This document shows positions 41,362 through 50,752 of a stretch of 64,000 nucleotides of DNA, piece by piece. Positions within the stretch are counted from its first letter, which is position 1. Each line of letters opens with the position of its first letter. Both the position numbers and the translations under genes were made by a program. The stretch comes from a candidate division Kazan bacterium GW2011_GWA1_50_15 (GTDB taxonomy: Bacteria; Patescibacteriota; Kazan-3B-28). Where the stretch lies: assembly GCA_001029795.1 (NCBI GenBank), contig CP011216.1:211398-275397 (forward strand), given 5' to 3'. Below the pieces are notes generated by a model that was not told the origin of the DNA, did not search any database, and saw only the letters and a list, made by a program, of their open reading frames with translations.

Positions 41362-42495
41362 TTATTGAAACAACCCGCTGTAAACCTCTTCGGTGCGGTC
41401 AATCATTCGGTCGGCCGAGAACTTCGGCAGAGTTGCAGCGCCATTGTGGGCTAACTTGGTCTGCAGTTTCCGGTCGTTTAATAGTTTCATTAAGACGCCA
41501 GCCAGTTGTTTGGAGTCCTTAGGCTCGACCAACAGACCGTTGTGATTCTGGGTGATGATTTCGGGAATGCCGCCGACTTTGGTCGCCACCACAGGCACCT
41601 CGGCTTTCATCGCCTCTAGAATAGTGATACCAAAGGCCTCGGACAGCGAAGGCAGAACAAAGATACGAAAGGTCTTAAGGGCTGGGAGGACATTGTCTAG
41701 GGCGCCGGTAAAAACTACTCGTTCCTCTAAACCAGATTTCTTGACTAACGTTTCTAACTTGAACTTCAAGGGGCCTTTGCCGACCAGGACTAATTTTATT
41801 TTTGGCCATTTTTTGACCATCCGCGCCACAGCTCTAATTAACGTGGCAGTGTCTTTAGCCTGGTTGAAAGAGCCAACCGTACCGATAATGACATCATCCG
41901 GCACGATCTTATATTTATCTTTGAATTTTTGGACATCTTCTTGGCTAACCTTACGGCTTAGCGGGGTAATCCCGTTGTAAATTGTTACGACTTTTCCCGG
42001 CTTGGTGATGTGCGAATCTATAAGAAACTTACGGACGGCGTTGCTGACGGCGATGACTTTGTCCGTGCCGCTATCCAACATCCGCATGATGCGCAGATGG
42101 GTCCAATGCAAAATGGGATTGGCCAACCTAAACTCATGTGTGTAAGTGTGTTCGGTATGGACGCGCTTAAAGGGCATCCCCTTGGAGGACATCCGACCGA
42201 TCAGACCAGCGCGCTGACCGTGAGTGTGAATGACATCGGGGTCGTATTTCTTCAAGAGTTTGGTGACGGCGCTAACGGCCACCATATCCGCCCGTCCGCG
42301 CATCGGGACCTGGAATACTGGGATTTTCCGTTTCTTGAGTTGCTCCACCAATGGTCCGGGCGGAGCAATGACGGTAATGCCAAACCGATGGCTGTTAATG
42401 CCGGAAATCAAAGTCAGCAGGTGCCGTGGAGCGCCTGTCAGAGAACTATCGGCAATGATTTCGAAGATACTGATTTTTCCCGGTTTACGCATCAT
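41362..42495 (-). CDS. Glycosyltransferase family 4 (GT-B, group 1)
   Basis: C-terminal EAFGITILEAMKAEVPVVAT motif (EX7E-like). 377 aa. Confidence 0.75.
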   Translation of the reverse strand: MMRKPGKISIFEIIADSSLTGAPRHLLTLISGINSHRFGITVIAPPGPLVEQLKKRKIPVFQVPMRGRADMVAVSAVTKLLKKYDPDVIHTHGQRAGLIGRMSSKGMPFKRVHTEHTYTHEFRLANPILHWTHLRIMRMLDSGTDKVIAVSNAVRKFLIDSHITKPGKVVTIYNGITPLSRKVSQEDVQKFKDKYKIVPDDVIIGTVGSFNQAKDTATLIRAVARMVKKWPKIKLVLVGKGPLKFKLETLVKKSGLEERVVFTGALDNVLPALKTFRIFVLPSLSEAFGITILEAMKAEVPVVATKVGGIPEIITQNHNGLLVEPKDSKQLAGVLMKLLNDRKLQTKLAHNGAATLPKFSADRMIDRTEEVYSGLFQ

Positions 42496-42525
42496 GAAGG
42501 GAGTAGTGAAAAGTTGCGGTAGGTC

Positions 42526-43818
42526 TTATACTAATTTATTAATAGCGGTTTTAATTCTAGAAATTGATTCGGTTTTTCCCAAAGCTTCCAAAAGTTCCAC
42601 CGGACTAGGACTTCCCTCTTCCCCCGACAGCGCCACTCGCACCGGCCAAAACATATCGCCCGGTTGGAGACCTTCAGCCGATAGTGTTTCATCCAATATC
42701 TGTTGTAGCTTGACTTGGTTCCAGTCGGTGTCCTCCAGAGCCTCCAGGACGGTCAGGGTGGCATTCAGGCCCTTACCTGTCTGTTCGGGACTGCTTTTCT
42801 TGAACACCAGTAGATTGGCCTCGTAGTCGGGGGTTTTAAAGAAATATTCAATAAGTCCCGGGATCTCCGACAAGGTCTGGGCACGGTCCTGGATGAGCGC
42901 GAGCGCAAACCGCCCCATCAGTTCGTCACCGGAGAGATGGGCAATAAATGGCTTGGCTAATTCAATGTATTCGTCCAAACTCTTTCGCATTAAGTAGTGC
43001 TGGTTGAGATGGTTGAGACGCTGTAGGTCAAAGACGGCGCCGGCCTTCTGCACGCGTTCTAGAGAGAATTTCTTTACCAACTCATCAAGCGGTAAGAAGT
43101 CCTGTCCGTCAGGATCGGACCAGCCCAGTTGCGCCAAGAAATTGAGCATCGCCTCCGGCAAATAGCCGGCCCTGCGATAGTCATCCACCGCTGTATCACC
43201 AGTACGTTTGCTCATCTTGCTCCGATCAAGATTCAACAGGAGCGGTAAGTGAGCGAAGCGCGGAATGGGCGCGGCAAAGGCCTCATAGAGCAGGATGTGT
43301 TTTGGAGTGTTGCTTAAATGGTCCTCGCCACGAATAACATGGGTGATACTCATATCAATATCGTCCACTACGTTGGCGAAGTTGAAGGTAGGTGTGCCGG
43401 TTTTTTTCATTAAGACGATATCGTCGAAGTTCTTGGAGTTGAACTCGACTTTGCCGCGAATAATATCATCCACCACGACGACGCGTGGTTCGGCGGGTAG
43501 TTTAAAATATACTCCGCCGTCCTGTTCGTACGTCAGACCCTGGGATGTCAGTTTCTCTAAATACCGCCGATAGACATCAGCGCGTTTACTTTGGTAGTGG
43601 TCTTCGTCCCAATTCAGCCCCAACCATTTCAGACCATCCGTAATACTCTCTTCAAAAACAGATTCGTTGCGTTCGGTGTCGGTATCCTCGAACCGCAACA
43701 CGAAAACTCCCCCAGCGTGCTTGGCATACAAGTAGTTAAACAGAGCGGTTCTAGCACCGCCAACATGCAGAGGCCCCGTGGGACTGGGCGCGAAACGCAC
43801 CCGCACTTTTCCTTCCAT
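42526..43818 (-). CDS. gltX: Glutamyl-tRNA synthetase
   Basis: Class I HIGH-region RFAPSPTGPLHVGGARTAL and KMSKR. 430 aa. Confidence 0.85.
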   Translation of the reverse strand: MEGKVRVRFAPSPTGPLHVGGARTALFNYLYAKHAGGVFVLRFEDTDTERNESVFEESITDGLKWLGLNWDEDHYQSKRADVYRRYLEKLTSQGLTYEQDGGVYFKLPAEPRVVVVDDIIRGKVEFNSKNFDDIVLMKKTGTPTFNFANVVDDIDMSITHVIRGEDHLSNTPKHILLYEAFAAPIPRFAHLPLLLNLDRSKMSKRTGDTAVDDYRRAGYLPEAMLNFLAQLGWSDPDGQDFLPLDELVKKFSLERVQKAGAVFDLQRLNHLNQHYLMRKSLDEYIELAKPFIAHLSGDELMGRFALALIQDRAQTLSEIPGLIEYFFKTPDYEANLLVFKKSSPEQTGKGLNATLTVLEALEDTDWNQVKLQQILDETLSAEGLQPGDMFWPVRVALSGEEGSPSPVELLEALGKTESISRIKTAINKLV

Positions 43819-43970
43819 GTATCCATTTTAACACGACAAAGCCCCGCCAACCGGCGGGGCTTTGGTAGTTAGAGAACCTAGTCATCTTCGGTACCGTGGC
43901 AGTTGCCAGAGGTACCGCTCAGACCCTCTTCAGTGTCTTTCAAACCTTCCGTATCCATGATGATATGAAA

Positions 43971-44837
43971 TTACTTGTTGTTGAGTTTATCATATCTGAC
44001 CGCCCGCATAAAATCTATCGTGGCAATTTTAATACGCTGACGCCGCCAGGGTTGGATCATAAATCGCCATAACCATTCTAACCCATGCCGCTGCCACCAC
44101 TCCGGAGCGCGCTTGGCCGGTGAGGTTGCCGTAGGGGCATTCAGGGCCGTAGTCCCGGCGATAAAGTCCAATGCACCCCCCACACCCATAGCGACTGCGC
44201 CGGAGAGTTTGGGAAGCTCAGTCTCAAGCCAATCCATTTGCTGATCAGCGGGTAGAGCCAATAAGACAAATTTAGGACGACTGGTGCTGATGTTCCGCAA
44301 GACAGTGACCGTATCATCATAAGGCTGACCAGCTACCGCGCCTGCCAGCCGTAGGCGCGGGTACATTTGTTGTAAGAGACTACCAGCCGTCGAGGCTACC
44401 CCAGGCTGCCCGCCCAAAAGAAAGATCGATTGGTCGCGTTCACTGGCTAGTTTAGCGATTTCCCAGACCATATCGGCGCCGGTTAAGCGCTCGGGAATAA
44501 TATCAAGCGCCTTAGGAGCTAGCACGATGGCAGCACTGGTCCAGATAAACTGCCAGAACTCCTGGATATCCCGTAGGCCTGAGATGGTAGTGAGCGGCAG
44601 TGAGAGATACTTAGCCGCCCACAGCAGGCCAAAGCCGTCTACCAGCGAGAGCGAGGCGCGATTAAGCGTCTCGCGGAACTCCGGGCAAGTGCGGGCGTAC
44701 ATCACCATCTCCGGATTGGGAGTGACAATGTAATGGTTCTGGTCATCCTGCGCCATCTCGTCAATTGCTCGCAGGGCCTGCGCTAAGGTTATCGGATTCA
44801 CACTGACCCCCAAAATCTCTATAGTTTGCCGTCCCAT
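43971..44837 (-). CDS. WecG/TagA/CpsF-family glycosyltransferase (GT26)
   Basis: N-terminus IEILGVSVNPITLAQALRAI and length (288 aa) typical of GT26. Confidence 0.7.
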   Translation of the reverse strand: MGRQTIEILGVSVNPITLAQALRAIDEMAQDDQNHYIVTPNPEMVMYARTCPEFRETLNRASLSLVDGFGLLWAAKYLSLPLTTISGLRDIQEFWQFIWTSAAIVLAPKALDIIPERLTGADMVWEIAKLASERDQSIFLLGGQPGVASTAGSLLQQMYPRLRLAGAVAGQPYDDTVTVLRNISTSRPKFVLLALPADQQMDWLETELPKLSGAVAMGVGGALDFIAGTTALNAPTATSPAKRAPEWWQRHGLEWLWRFMIQPWRRQRIKIATIDFMRAVRYDKLNNK

Positions 44838-44863
44838 GGTTGTAAGCTGTAAATGGTTGTGTA

Positions 44864-46093
44864 CTACAGAGAACGGCCGTTCACTGTAGCGCTATTTTGT
44901 TTGCGGGCCCAACACTGATCAACCAGCCCGCCAATGGCGGATTGGAAGTTGGCTTTACTAAACTGTTCGGCGTGACGGCGAATAGCGGAGCCATCCCAGA
45001 GTCCTGTCTGATTGATAAATTTTTCTACCGCGCTCTTCAAACTCGGAACGGTCTGGTCGTCAAAGAATAGACCGGTTTGGCCTTCGATAACCGTTTCCAA
45101 CAGACCACCCTTGCGGAAGGCGATAATGGGCTTACCGGCGGCCATGGCTTCAACGGGGACGATGCCAAAGTCCTCTTCGCCGGGGAAGATAAGGGCGCGG
45201 GCGCCTTGAAGGTATTTAATTTTTTCCGTATCATCCACCCAGCCAATGACCTCGGTGGTCGGACCAGCTAATTTGCGCAAAGCCGATTCTTCCTCACCGG
45301 TACCAACAACCTTTAGCGACAGCTTTAATTCATTACAGACGGCGATAGCCAAGTCCACTCGCTTGTAGCGACTTAGGCGCGACACAACCAAGAAGTAATC
45401 TCCTGGCTGGCCGAGGGATATCTTATCTACATCCACCGGCGGGTAGATAACCTGCGAATCGCGACGATAGTATTTGGCGATGCGATTGCGGACATTGTGA
45501 GAATTGGCGACAAAAATATCCACCCGCGAGGCGCCAACTTTATCCCAAATACGGATCTGGCTCAAAATGCGCCGAATTGTCGCGCTTAAGGCCCGGCCTA
45601 AATTCTGCTCGGCGATGTAGGTGTGCCAAGTGTCCCAAATATAGCGCATTGGTGAGTGGATGTAGCTGATGTGTGTGGTCTGCGGCCGGGTAATAATATT
45701 TTTGGCGAATGAGTGACTGCTGGAGATAACTATATCGAAATCATCTAGATCGAAACTCTCGACAGCCAAGGGATAGAACGGTAGGAGTAACTTGGCCGGA
45801 ATCCTTGCCCATCGCTGGAGATGAGCCCATTTTTGCAAGTAAGAGGTGACAATTTTCTTGTCGCCAAAATATTTATCCAGCTTTGAATTGTAGGTTAGGG
45901 TGTAGATAGGGGCGTCGGGATAGAGTTCACTAATAGCTAAAGTCACCCGTTCGGCACCACCGAGCGACTGGAGAAAATCGTGAACAATGGCGATCTTGGG
46001 CCTGCCTACTGTCATCCCGAATTTATTTCGGGATCCATCGATGGATTCTGAAACAAGTTCAGAATGACTATCTGGGTTAGTTTCTTCGTTCAT
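44864..46093 (-). CDS. Glycosyltransferase family 4
   Basis: GT-B C-terminal domain (EDFGIVPVEAMAAGKPIIA). 409 aa. Confidence 0.7.
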   Translation of the reverse strand: MNEETNPDSHSELVSESIDGSRNKFGMTVGRPKIAIVHDFLQSLGGAERVTLAISELYPDAPIYTLTYNSKLDKYFGDKKIVTSYLQKWAHLQRWARIPAKLLLPFYPLAVESFDLDDFDIVISSSHSFAKNIITRPQTTHISYIHSPMRYIWDTWHTYIAEQNLGRALSATIRRILSQIRIWDKVGASRVDIFVANSHNVRNRIAKYYRRDSQVIYPPVDVDKISLGQPGDYFLVVSRLSRYKRVDLAIAVCNELKLSLKVVGTGEEESALRKLAGPTTEVIGWVDDTEKIKYLQGARALIFPGEEDFGIVPVEAMAAGKPIIAFRKGGLLETVIEGQTGLFFDDQTVPSLKSAVEKFINQTGLWDGSAIRRHAEQFSKANFQSAIGGLVDQCWARKQNSATVNGRSL

Positions 46094-47163
46094 AGTGAAT
46101 TGATGAGATCAAGTAGTTGTTGAGCTGAGCGTTCCCAGGAAAAATCGGATAAACGTTCCCGTCCCATCGCCACATACTGCGCTTTGGTGTTGGAATTGTC
46201 CAGGAGCCGCCGAATGCCGCCCGCGATACTGCTGGACGAGGTCGGCTCAACCAAAACTGCCGCTTGGCCAGCTATCTCTTGAAGGGCGCCCGAGTTGCTG
46301 GTCACCACGGGCAGGTCATGGGCAAAAGCTTCGAGGATAGGCAGACCAAACCCCTCATAGAGCGAAGGGAATAGTAACAGCAGGGCTCGACTGTAGAGAT
46401 AGTTCAGCCCCACCTCGGTGACAAAGCCCAGCCAGTGAATATGGTGATTGAGACCGTATCGGCGCGCCAGCCCCTCTGCTTGGCCGGCGTGACGCCCAAG
46501 TGGCCCAGCAAAGACCAAATGCAAATCAGGATAACCGGCGGCCAGCTCCGCGAAGGCGTGGATAATATTGAACGGGTTTTTGCGCGGCTCCACTCGACCG
46601 ACTACCAATAGAAATTTTTCGGGGACAGACAGGCCAGTTGGTTCGAGATTCGCAACCGTGAATGGGAGGGCGTTGTAGATGACTGTTATCTGTTCTGGCA
46701 GAGTGTGAAAATATTTGATTAGATCGGTTTTGGTCTGCTGACTAACCGTGATGATCTTGGTCGCGAAGCGGCGAGCCCGTTTGACCGTTAGCCATGAGCC
46801 CAGCCAACTGCGCCAAGAATAAGCTCGCGGGAATTTCATAAACGCCAGATCGTGAACCGTGGCTAAAACTTTAACGGGCAGTTTGCGGGGGAGAATATTG
46901 CTAGGCGACCAGAAGACGTCTAAATTATCGCCAGCGATAGCATCCGACAGTGCGGTCTGAGTCCAGAACTTTGCCGGCGGGATGATGCGGTTAATAACGT
47001 TGGGGAACCCTTGAAACCGCTGAGGTAGAGCCGCTGGAGCGTATAGAATGTATTGCTGATCATGATCTAGCTGCAAAAGGGCGTAAATCAGTTCCCGCGT
47101 AGCCACCTCCACGCCAGTGGATTGGGGGTTAGTAAGAGCTGAACCGTCAATGCCGATACGCAT
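46090..47163 (-). CDS. Glycosyltransferase family 4
   Basis: EGFGLPILEAFAHDLPVVTS motif. 357 aa. 4-nt overlap with the downstream gene. Confidence 0.7.
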   Translation of the reverse strand: MRIGIDGSALTNPQSTGVEVATRELIYALLQLDHDQQYILYAPAALPQRFQGFPNVINRIIPPAKFWTQTALSDAIAGDNLDVFWSPSNILPRKLPVKVLATVHDLAFMKFPRAYSWRSWLGSWLTVKRARRFATKIITVSQQTKTDLIKYFHTLPEQITVIYNALPFTVANLEPTGLSVPEKFLLVVGRVEPRKNPFNIIHAFAELAAGYPDLHLVFAGPLGRHAGQAEGLARRYGLNHHIHWLGFVTEVGLNYLYSRALLLLFPSLYEGFGLPILEAFAHDLPVVTSNSGALQEIAGQAAVLVEPTSSSSIAGGIRRLLDNSNTKAQYVAMGRERLSDFSWERSAQQLLDLINSL

Positions 47164-47190
47164 TTACTTGGAGAAGAAGTTAAACTATTA

Positions 47191-48711
47191 TTGGTAGGAA
47201 ACGGGCAATGGATCAATCGAGGTAACCCATGGCCGGTTGTGGTTGGTTTTGTGCCTGGGGACGAGATTTTTAGCCGCTACCCTATTTTAACCCATATGGC
47301 GTATCAAAAGAATTGGCCTACCCTGCTTGCCTATACGGTTGCCGTGATCGGATTTTTTGCGTTGGCGGCATATGCGGTAATGTATGCCACTGGCTATCGT
47401 TTAGATATCGAGACTTGGACCATAAAGAAGACGGGGGTATTGGCGATCACCAGTAAGCCTAGCGGGGCCACGGTCACGATCAATGACATGACCCCCTCGC
47501 GCAAGACTCCGCTGACACTGCGTAATGCTTTGCCAGGGGCTTATCATATTAAACTCACTCTCGATGGATATCAGCCGTACGAAAAAGATGTAGAAGTCAT
47601 CTCTAATCAGGCCACCGAAGAGCACAATATCGATATGGTGTTGGCAGAGATCAAGTCAACCTCCGTGGCGAATGATATTACTGCGGTATTAGACGTTGAT
47701 ACTGAGATCTGGGCGTTCACCCAGACGAAGCATTTTGTCAAACTAGGTCCGTCCGCAACTGACCTAAATATTGATAAGATGCCCACTAATGTAAAAACTG
47801 TGTTAGCCCAGACCACTGGTTTGTATTTAGCCAAACGGCATGAGACAAGTAATAATATCGCTCTTGGGATAATGGTGGGTAGCAAACGCTGGTTAGCGAT
47901 CATCGACCCTGCTGGTTACCGCGGGCAGTTGTTTGGGACGCCGCTCAATCAGGTCAGCCCCGAGAATCTATCTTGGATCGACGCCGATAGATTAATGTTA
48001 TTGATCGGCAGTTCTCTATATACCCTCGATCTGGCACTAAACCAAACCAGCCTGTACGCTAAGTCGGTGACCGGAGCGACCTACACCAACGGCAAGATGT
48101 ACTACATCACTCGCGACTCCCATGGACAATTCGTGCTCTATCGCGACTCTAATCCATTTGATGAGCGCCCGGCCGAATCCATTTTCACGAATCTACCGGT
48201 GGCTAGAGCTCATGAGATATTGGTAACCCCTGAGGACGAAATTGCGGTCCTGGCGGTTAATCCAAGCAGTCGAGGGCTCTGGCTGTTAAATAAATCTGAT
48301 GCCGCCGCTGATCTACGATTGAGCAAACTGGCTAGCAATGTGCAGGGGACGCTGTACGACTATCTAGGCGAACAACTTTTCTTCGTGGTAGGACGCATGG
48401 TCAATGCGTATGATTTCGCCAAACAAACATCAACCGCTCTGCGTCAGTTCGCGGACACACCCACTTTGATCGGCAAACGCAACGAGAGCGTGTTTATAAA
48501 AAGTACTGACAAGTTTTTTGTCACCGATCCTAGCTTTAGCAACGTCTATGAATTGGTTGGCGCCAAAACCGGGATGCTACTGTTGGGTCTCGATTCGCAC
48601 CAAGTTTGGCTACTGGTCGGCACACAGCTAAGCGAACTCACCCTGCGCCATCCGGGCCAGGGGTTGTTCGGTGCGCTACCCGGCTGGCTGATGACTACCG
48701 CCGGGAGCTAG
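47191..48711 (+). CDS. PEGA-domain membrane-anchored protein; the true start may be the internal Met near 47296
   Basis: TM helix followed by a PEGA-like beta domain (ITSKPSGATVTINDMTPSRKTPLTLRNALPGAYHIKLTLDGYQPYE). 506 aa. Confidence 0.55.
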   Translation: MVGNGQWINRGNPWPVVVGFVPGDEIFSRYPILTHMAYQKNWPTLLAYTVAVIGFFALAAYAVMYATGYRLDIETWTIKKTGVLAITSKPSGATVTINDMTPSRKTPLTLRNALPGAYHIKLTLDGYQPYEKDVEVISNQATEEHNIDMVLAEIKSTSVANDITAVLDVDTEIWAFTQTKHFVKLGPSATDLNIDKMPTNVKTVLAQTTGLYLAKRHETSNNIALGIMVGSKRWLAIIDPAGYRGQLFGTPLNQVSPENLSWIDADRLMLLIGSSLYTLDLALNQTSLYAKSVTGATYTNGKMYYITRDSHGQFVLYRDSNPFDERPAESIFTNLPVARAHEILVTPEDEIAVLAVNPSSRGLWLLNKSDAAADLRLSKLASNVQGTLYDYLGEQLFFVVGRMVNAYDFAKQTSTALRQFADTPTLIGKRNESVFIKSTDKFFVTDPSFSNVYELVGAKTGMLLLGLDSHQVWLLVGTQLSELTLRHPGQGLFGALPGWLMTTAGS

Positions 48712-49484
48712 ACCGGAAGAATGTTGGGCAGTGTGGGGATTTGTTGGAAGGGCGTAAAGGCGCTGGCATCGACGGGCGGACGGCCAATGAGGTCGGCCTG
48801 AATTATTAGTCGGCGAAGATTCGTACCGACTGGCGTACACGTCATAAGGGTCAAGATCGGTTTATCGCTAGCGTTGAGGACATCGACTTGGTCTGGGTTG
48901 ACCACAAACGCGCGACTAACCCGATAGCTGTATCGACCGCCTTGATAATAGACATATATCAGATCACCGGTAGCCAACTTGTCTAATAGAGCAAAAACTT
49001 GATTATACTTCCCGCCACTCCACCAGTAATACGAGCTGTGGCCGGTCAAGAAAACGTTGCCAACCCGACCGGGCAGAGCGGTGTTGGGATAGTGAGCCAC
49101 ACCTTCTTTGATGGCTTCAAGGATGGCCGCATTATCGCGCTGGTCGGGATAAACCAGAGGGGCAGTAACGTTAATCTTAGGAATTAAAATCGTGTCTTGG
49201 GACGGAACGGATATCTTTTGATCGAGCGCGCTTGTAACATCTTGGATGGCTTGCAAGTCGTCCGTTACCGAGACTGGCAGTTCGTACTTTTGTGAGTAAT
49301 CGGTCGAGGGCGCTGTGAAGTAGTATGCTATTTTCGTATAGATGGTTGGTCCCATCACGATCAGGGTCAGCAGAACAAAGAAAAATGCGAACAGACCGAG
49401 AAACTTGAACGGCCTGCCCCAAAACCGCCTGCGACGATGCGGCGCTGGTGGGTACCAATTGGGTTGGACGTTGAACTGCTCCAT
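48708..49484 (-). CDS. Sortase-family transpeptidase
   Basis: N-terminal TM. Catalytic His (LTGHS) and the TLxTC motif (LTLMTCTP). 258 aa. Confidence 0.7.
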   Translation of the reverse strand: MEQFNVQPNWYPPAPHRRRRFWGRPFKFLGLFAFFFVLLTLIVMGPTIYTKIAYYFTAPSTDYSQKYELPVSVTDDLQAIQDVTSALDQKISVPSQDTILIPKINVTAPLVYPDQRDNAAILEAIKEGVAHYPNTALPGRVGNVFLTGHSSYYWWSGGKYNQVFALLDKLATGDLIYVYYQGGRYSYRVSRAFVVNPDQVDVLNASDKPILTLMTCTPVGTNLRRLIIQADLIGRPPVDASAFTPFQQIPTLPNILPV

Positions 49485-49493
49485 AGTCGGTGG

Positions 49494-49886
49494 CTACTTA
49501 GTGGTTGGTTGATATCGGCTCTTTTGAGCAAGCTGTTCGTAGGTCATTACGCCAACGACCCGACTACCGTCGGGGAAAACCCAAGTCGGATAGCCGGTGA
49601 TGTTGGCGGCTTTGGCCGCCTCTGTTTGGCCTTTGCCGTCCGGGGTGGAACTTTCGATGTAGGTAATATATTGGAACGCCGACCCGAACATTTCTTTCTG
49701 CTTCTTACAGTGGTTACACCAAAACGCGCCGTACTCCACTACACCTTGCTCGGTTAGATGTTTGGCTAACCCCTCCCAGTCCTGAGCTTGTCCTCGAGTA
49801 TAGTTATACCAACCCGCCACCAGCGCGGCGGCAATGAGAATAACTAAAACTATAATAAGCGGACGAATGTGTGGCCTAGCTAACAT
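49494..49886 (-). CDS. Membrane-anchored thioredoxin-fold thiol-disulfide oxidoreductase
   Basis: N-terminal TM. CxxC active site WCNHC. 130 aa. Confidence 0.65.
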   Translation of the reverse strand: MLARPHIRPLIIVLVILIAAALVAGWYNYTRGQAQDWEGLAKHLTEQGVVEYGAFWCNHCKKQKEMFGSAFQYITYIESSTPDGKGQTEAAKAANITGYPTWVFPDGSRVVGVMTYEQLAQKSRYQPTTK

Positions 49887-49894
49887 ATGATCGA

Positions 49895-50482
49895 TTAGGT
49901 TGATGTGAGATTTATCGATTCGGTAATCTTATCGACGACGTAACGATATTGGTTCACTGCCCCTTGTAGAATATTGCCGCGAATCACAACCAACATACCA
50001 GACTGCTCACCAAACCCGCCTATCTCTTTGAATCTCCACTCTTGGTCATTCTCGGAGTAGCTACCAGCCACCGCGTAGCCAGACTTAACGTCCGGAGTTG
50101 TGCCCGGACTGCTATCGAAGAACTCTACTGTGTGATTGGGGTCGTCGCGAAAAGTTTCTTCAATGGTCTGTAAAACTACCTTTCTGCCCTCCACGTCGGT
50201 CAGACGCGCGTCAGATAGCGTCGACACAAACACCATAGCCATTCCGTCCGGACTGGCTATCACATCCGTCGGAAAAGTTTGTTGACTATCATCAAACGTC
50301 CAGTCGGCTGGATGATCTATTTGATAGTTATAAACCCGGCTGGTACTCGTGACCCACTTCGGCCCAGTTGGATGCAGTTGCACCCAAACCAGCCACCCAA
50401 CCGCCACGACCGCTAAGCCTACCGCCCCCCACAGCCATTCTTTTGAAATAGCTTCTTTGGTAGTCGTCATAATAATTACCAT
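49895..50482 (-). CDS. Hypothetical membrane-anchored protein (195 aa)
   Basis: N-terminal TM helix. No motif recognised. Confidence 0.4.
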   Translation of the reverse strand: MVIIMTTTKEAISKEWLWGAVGLAVVAVGWLVWVQLHPTGPKWVTSTSRVYNYQIDHPADWTFDDSQQTFPTDVIASPDGMAMVFVSTLSDARLTDVEGRKVVLQTIEETFRDDPNHTVEFFDSSPGTTPDVKSGYAVAGSYSENDQEWRFKEIGGFGEQSGMLVVIRGNILQGAVNQYRYVVDKITESINLTST

Positions 50483-50629
50483 TAAGAATTATACTTGTCA
50501 AATAAACTTTCAAACGGGGTACCCCTGTTATGACGGTAGCGTCACATGCGGGGTAAACTCCCCCCACACGATGGCGTCTGTTCGCCAAAGCCATAGGTGT
50601 CGGTGGAAGTCGTGCGTGTCTCGCGCCTG

Positions 50630-50715
50630 TGGTGGCCGAGGAGAGAGTCGAACTCTCATGCCCTTGCAGGCACACGATTTTGAGTCGTGCGTGTCTACCA
50701 TTCCACCACTCGGCC
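50630..50715 (-). tRNA. tRNA-Leu (anticodon CAA), type II long variable arm, CCA encoded
   Basis: Manual fold of the reverse complement: acceptor GGCCGAG/CTCGGCC, anticodon stem CACGA/TCGTG with loop CTCAAAA, long variable arm, T-loop TTCGACT. 86 nt. Confidence 0.8.
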
Positions 50716-50752
50716 ACCACAGAAACAAGACATTTAACCCAATATGTTAATT

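Noticed and set aside
43883-43963. 26-aa minus-strand mini-ORF (MDTEGLKDTEEGLSGTSGNCHGTEDD) just after the GT26 gene
   Set aside because: There is no RBS. It is very short and low complexity, so there is insufficient evidence for a peptide gene.
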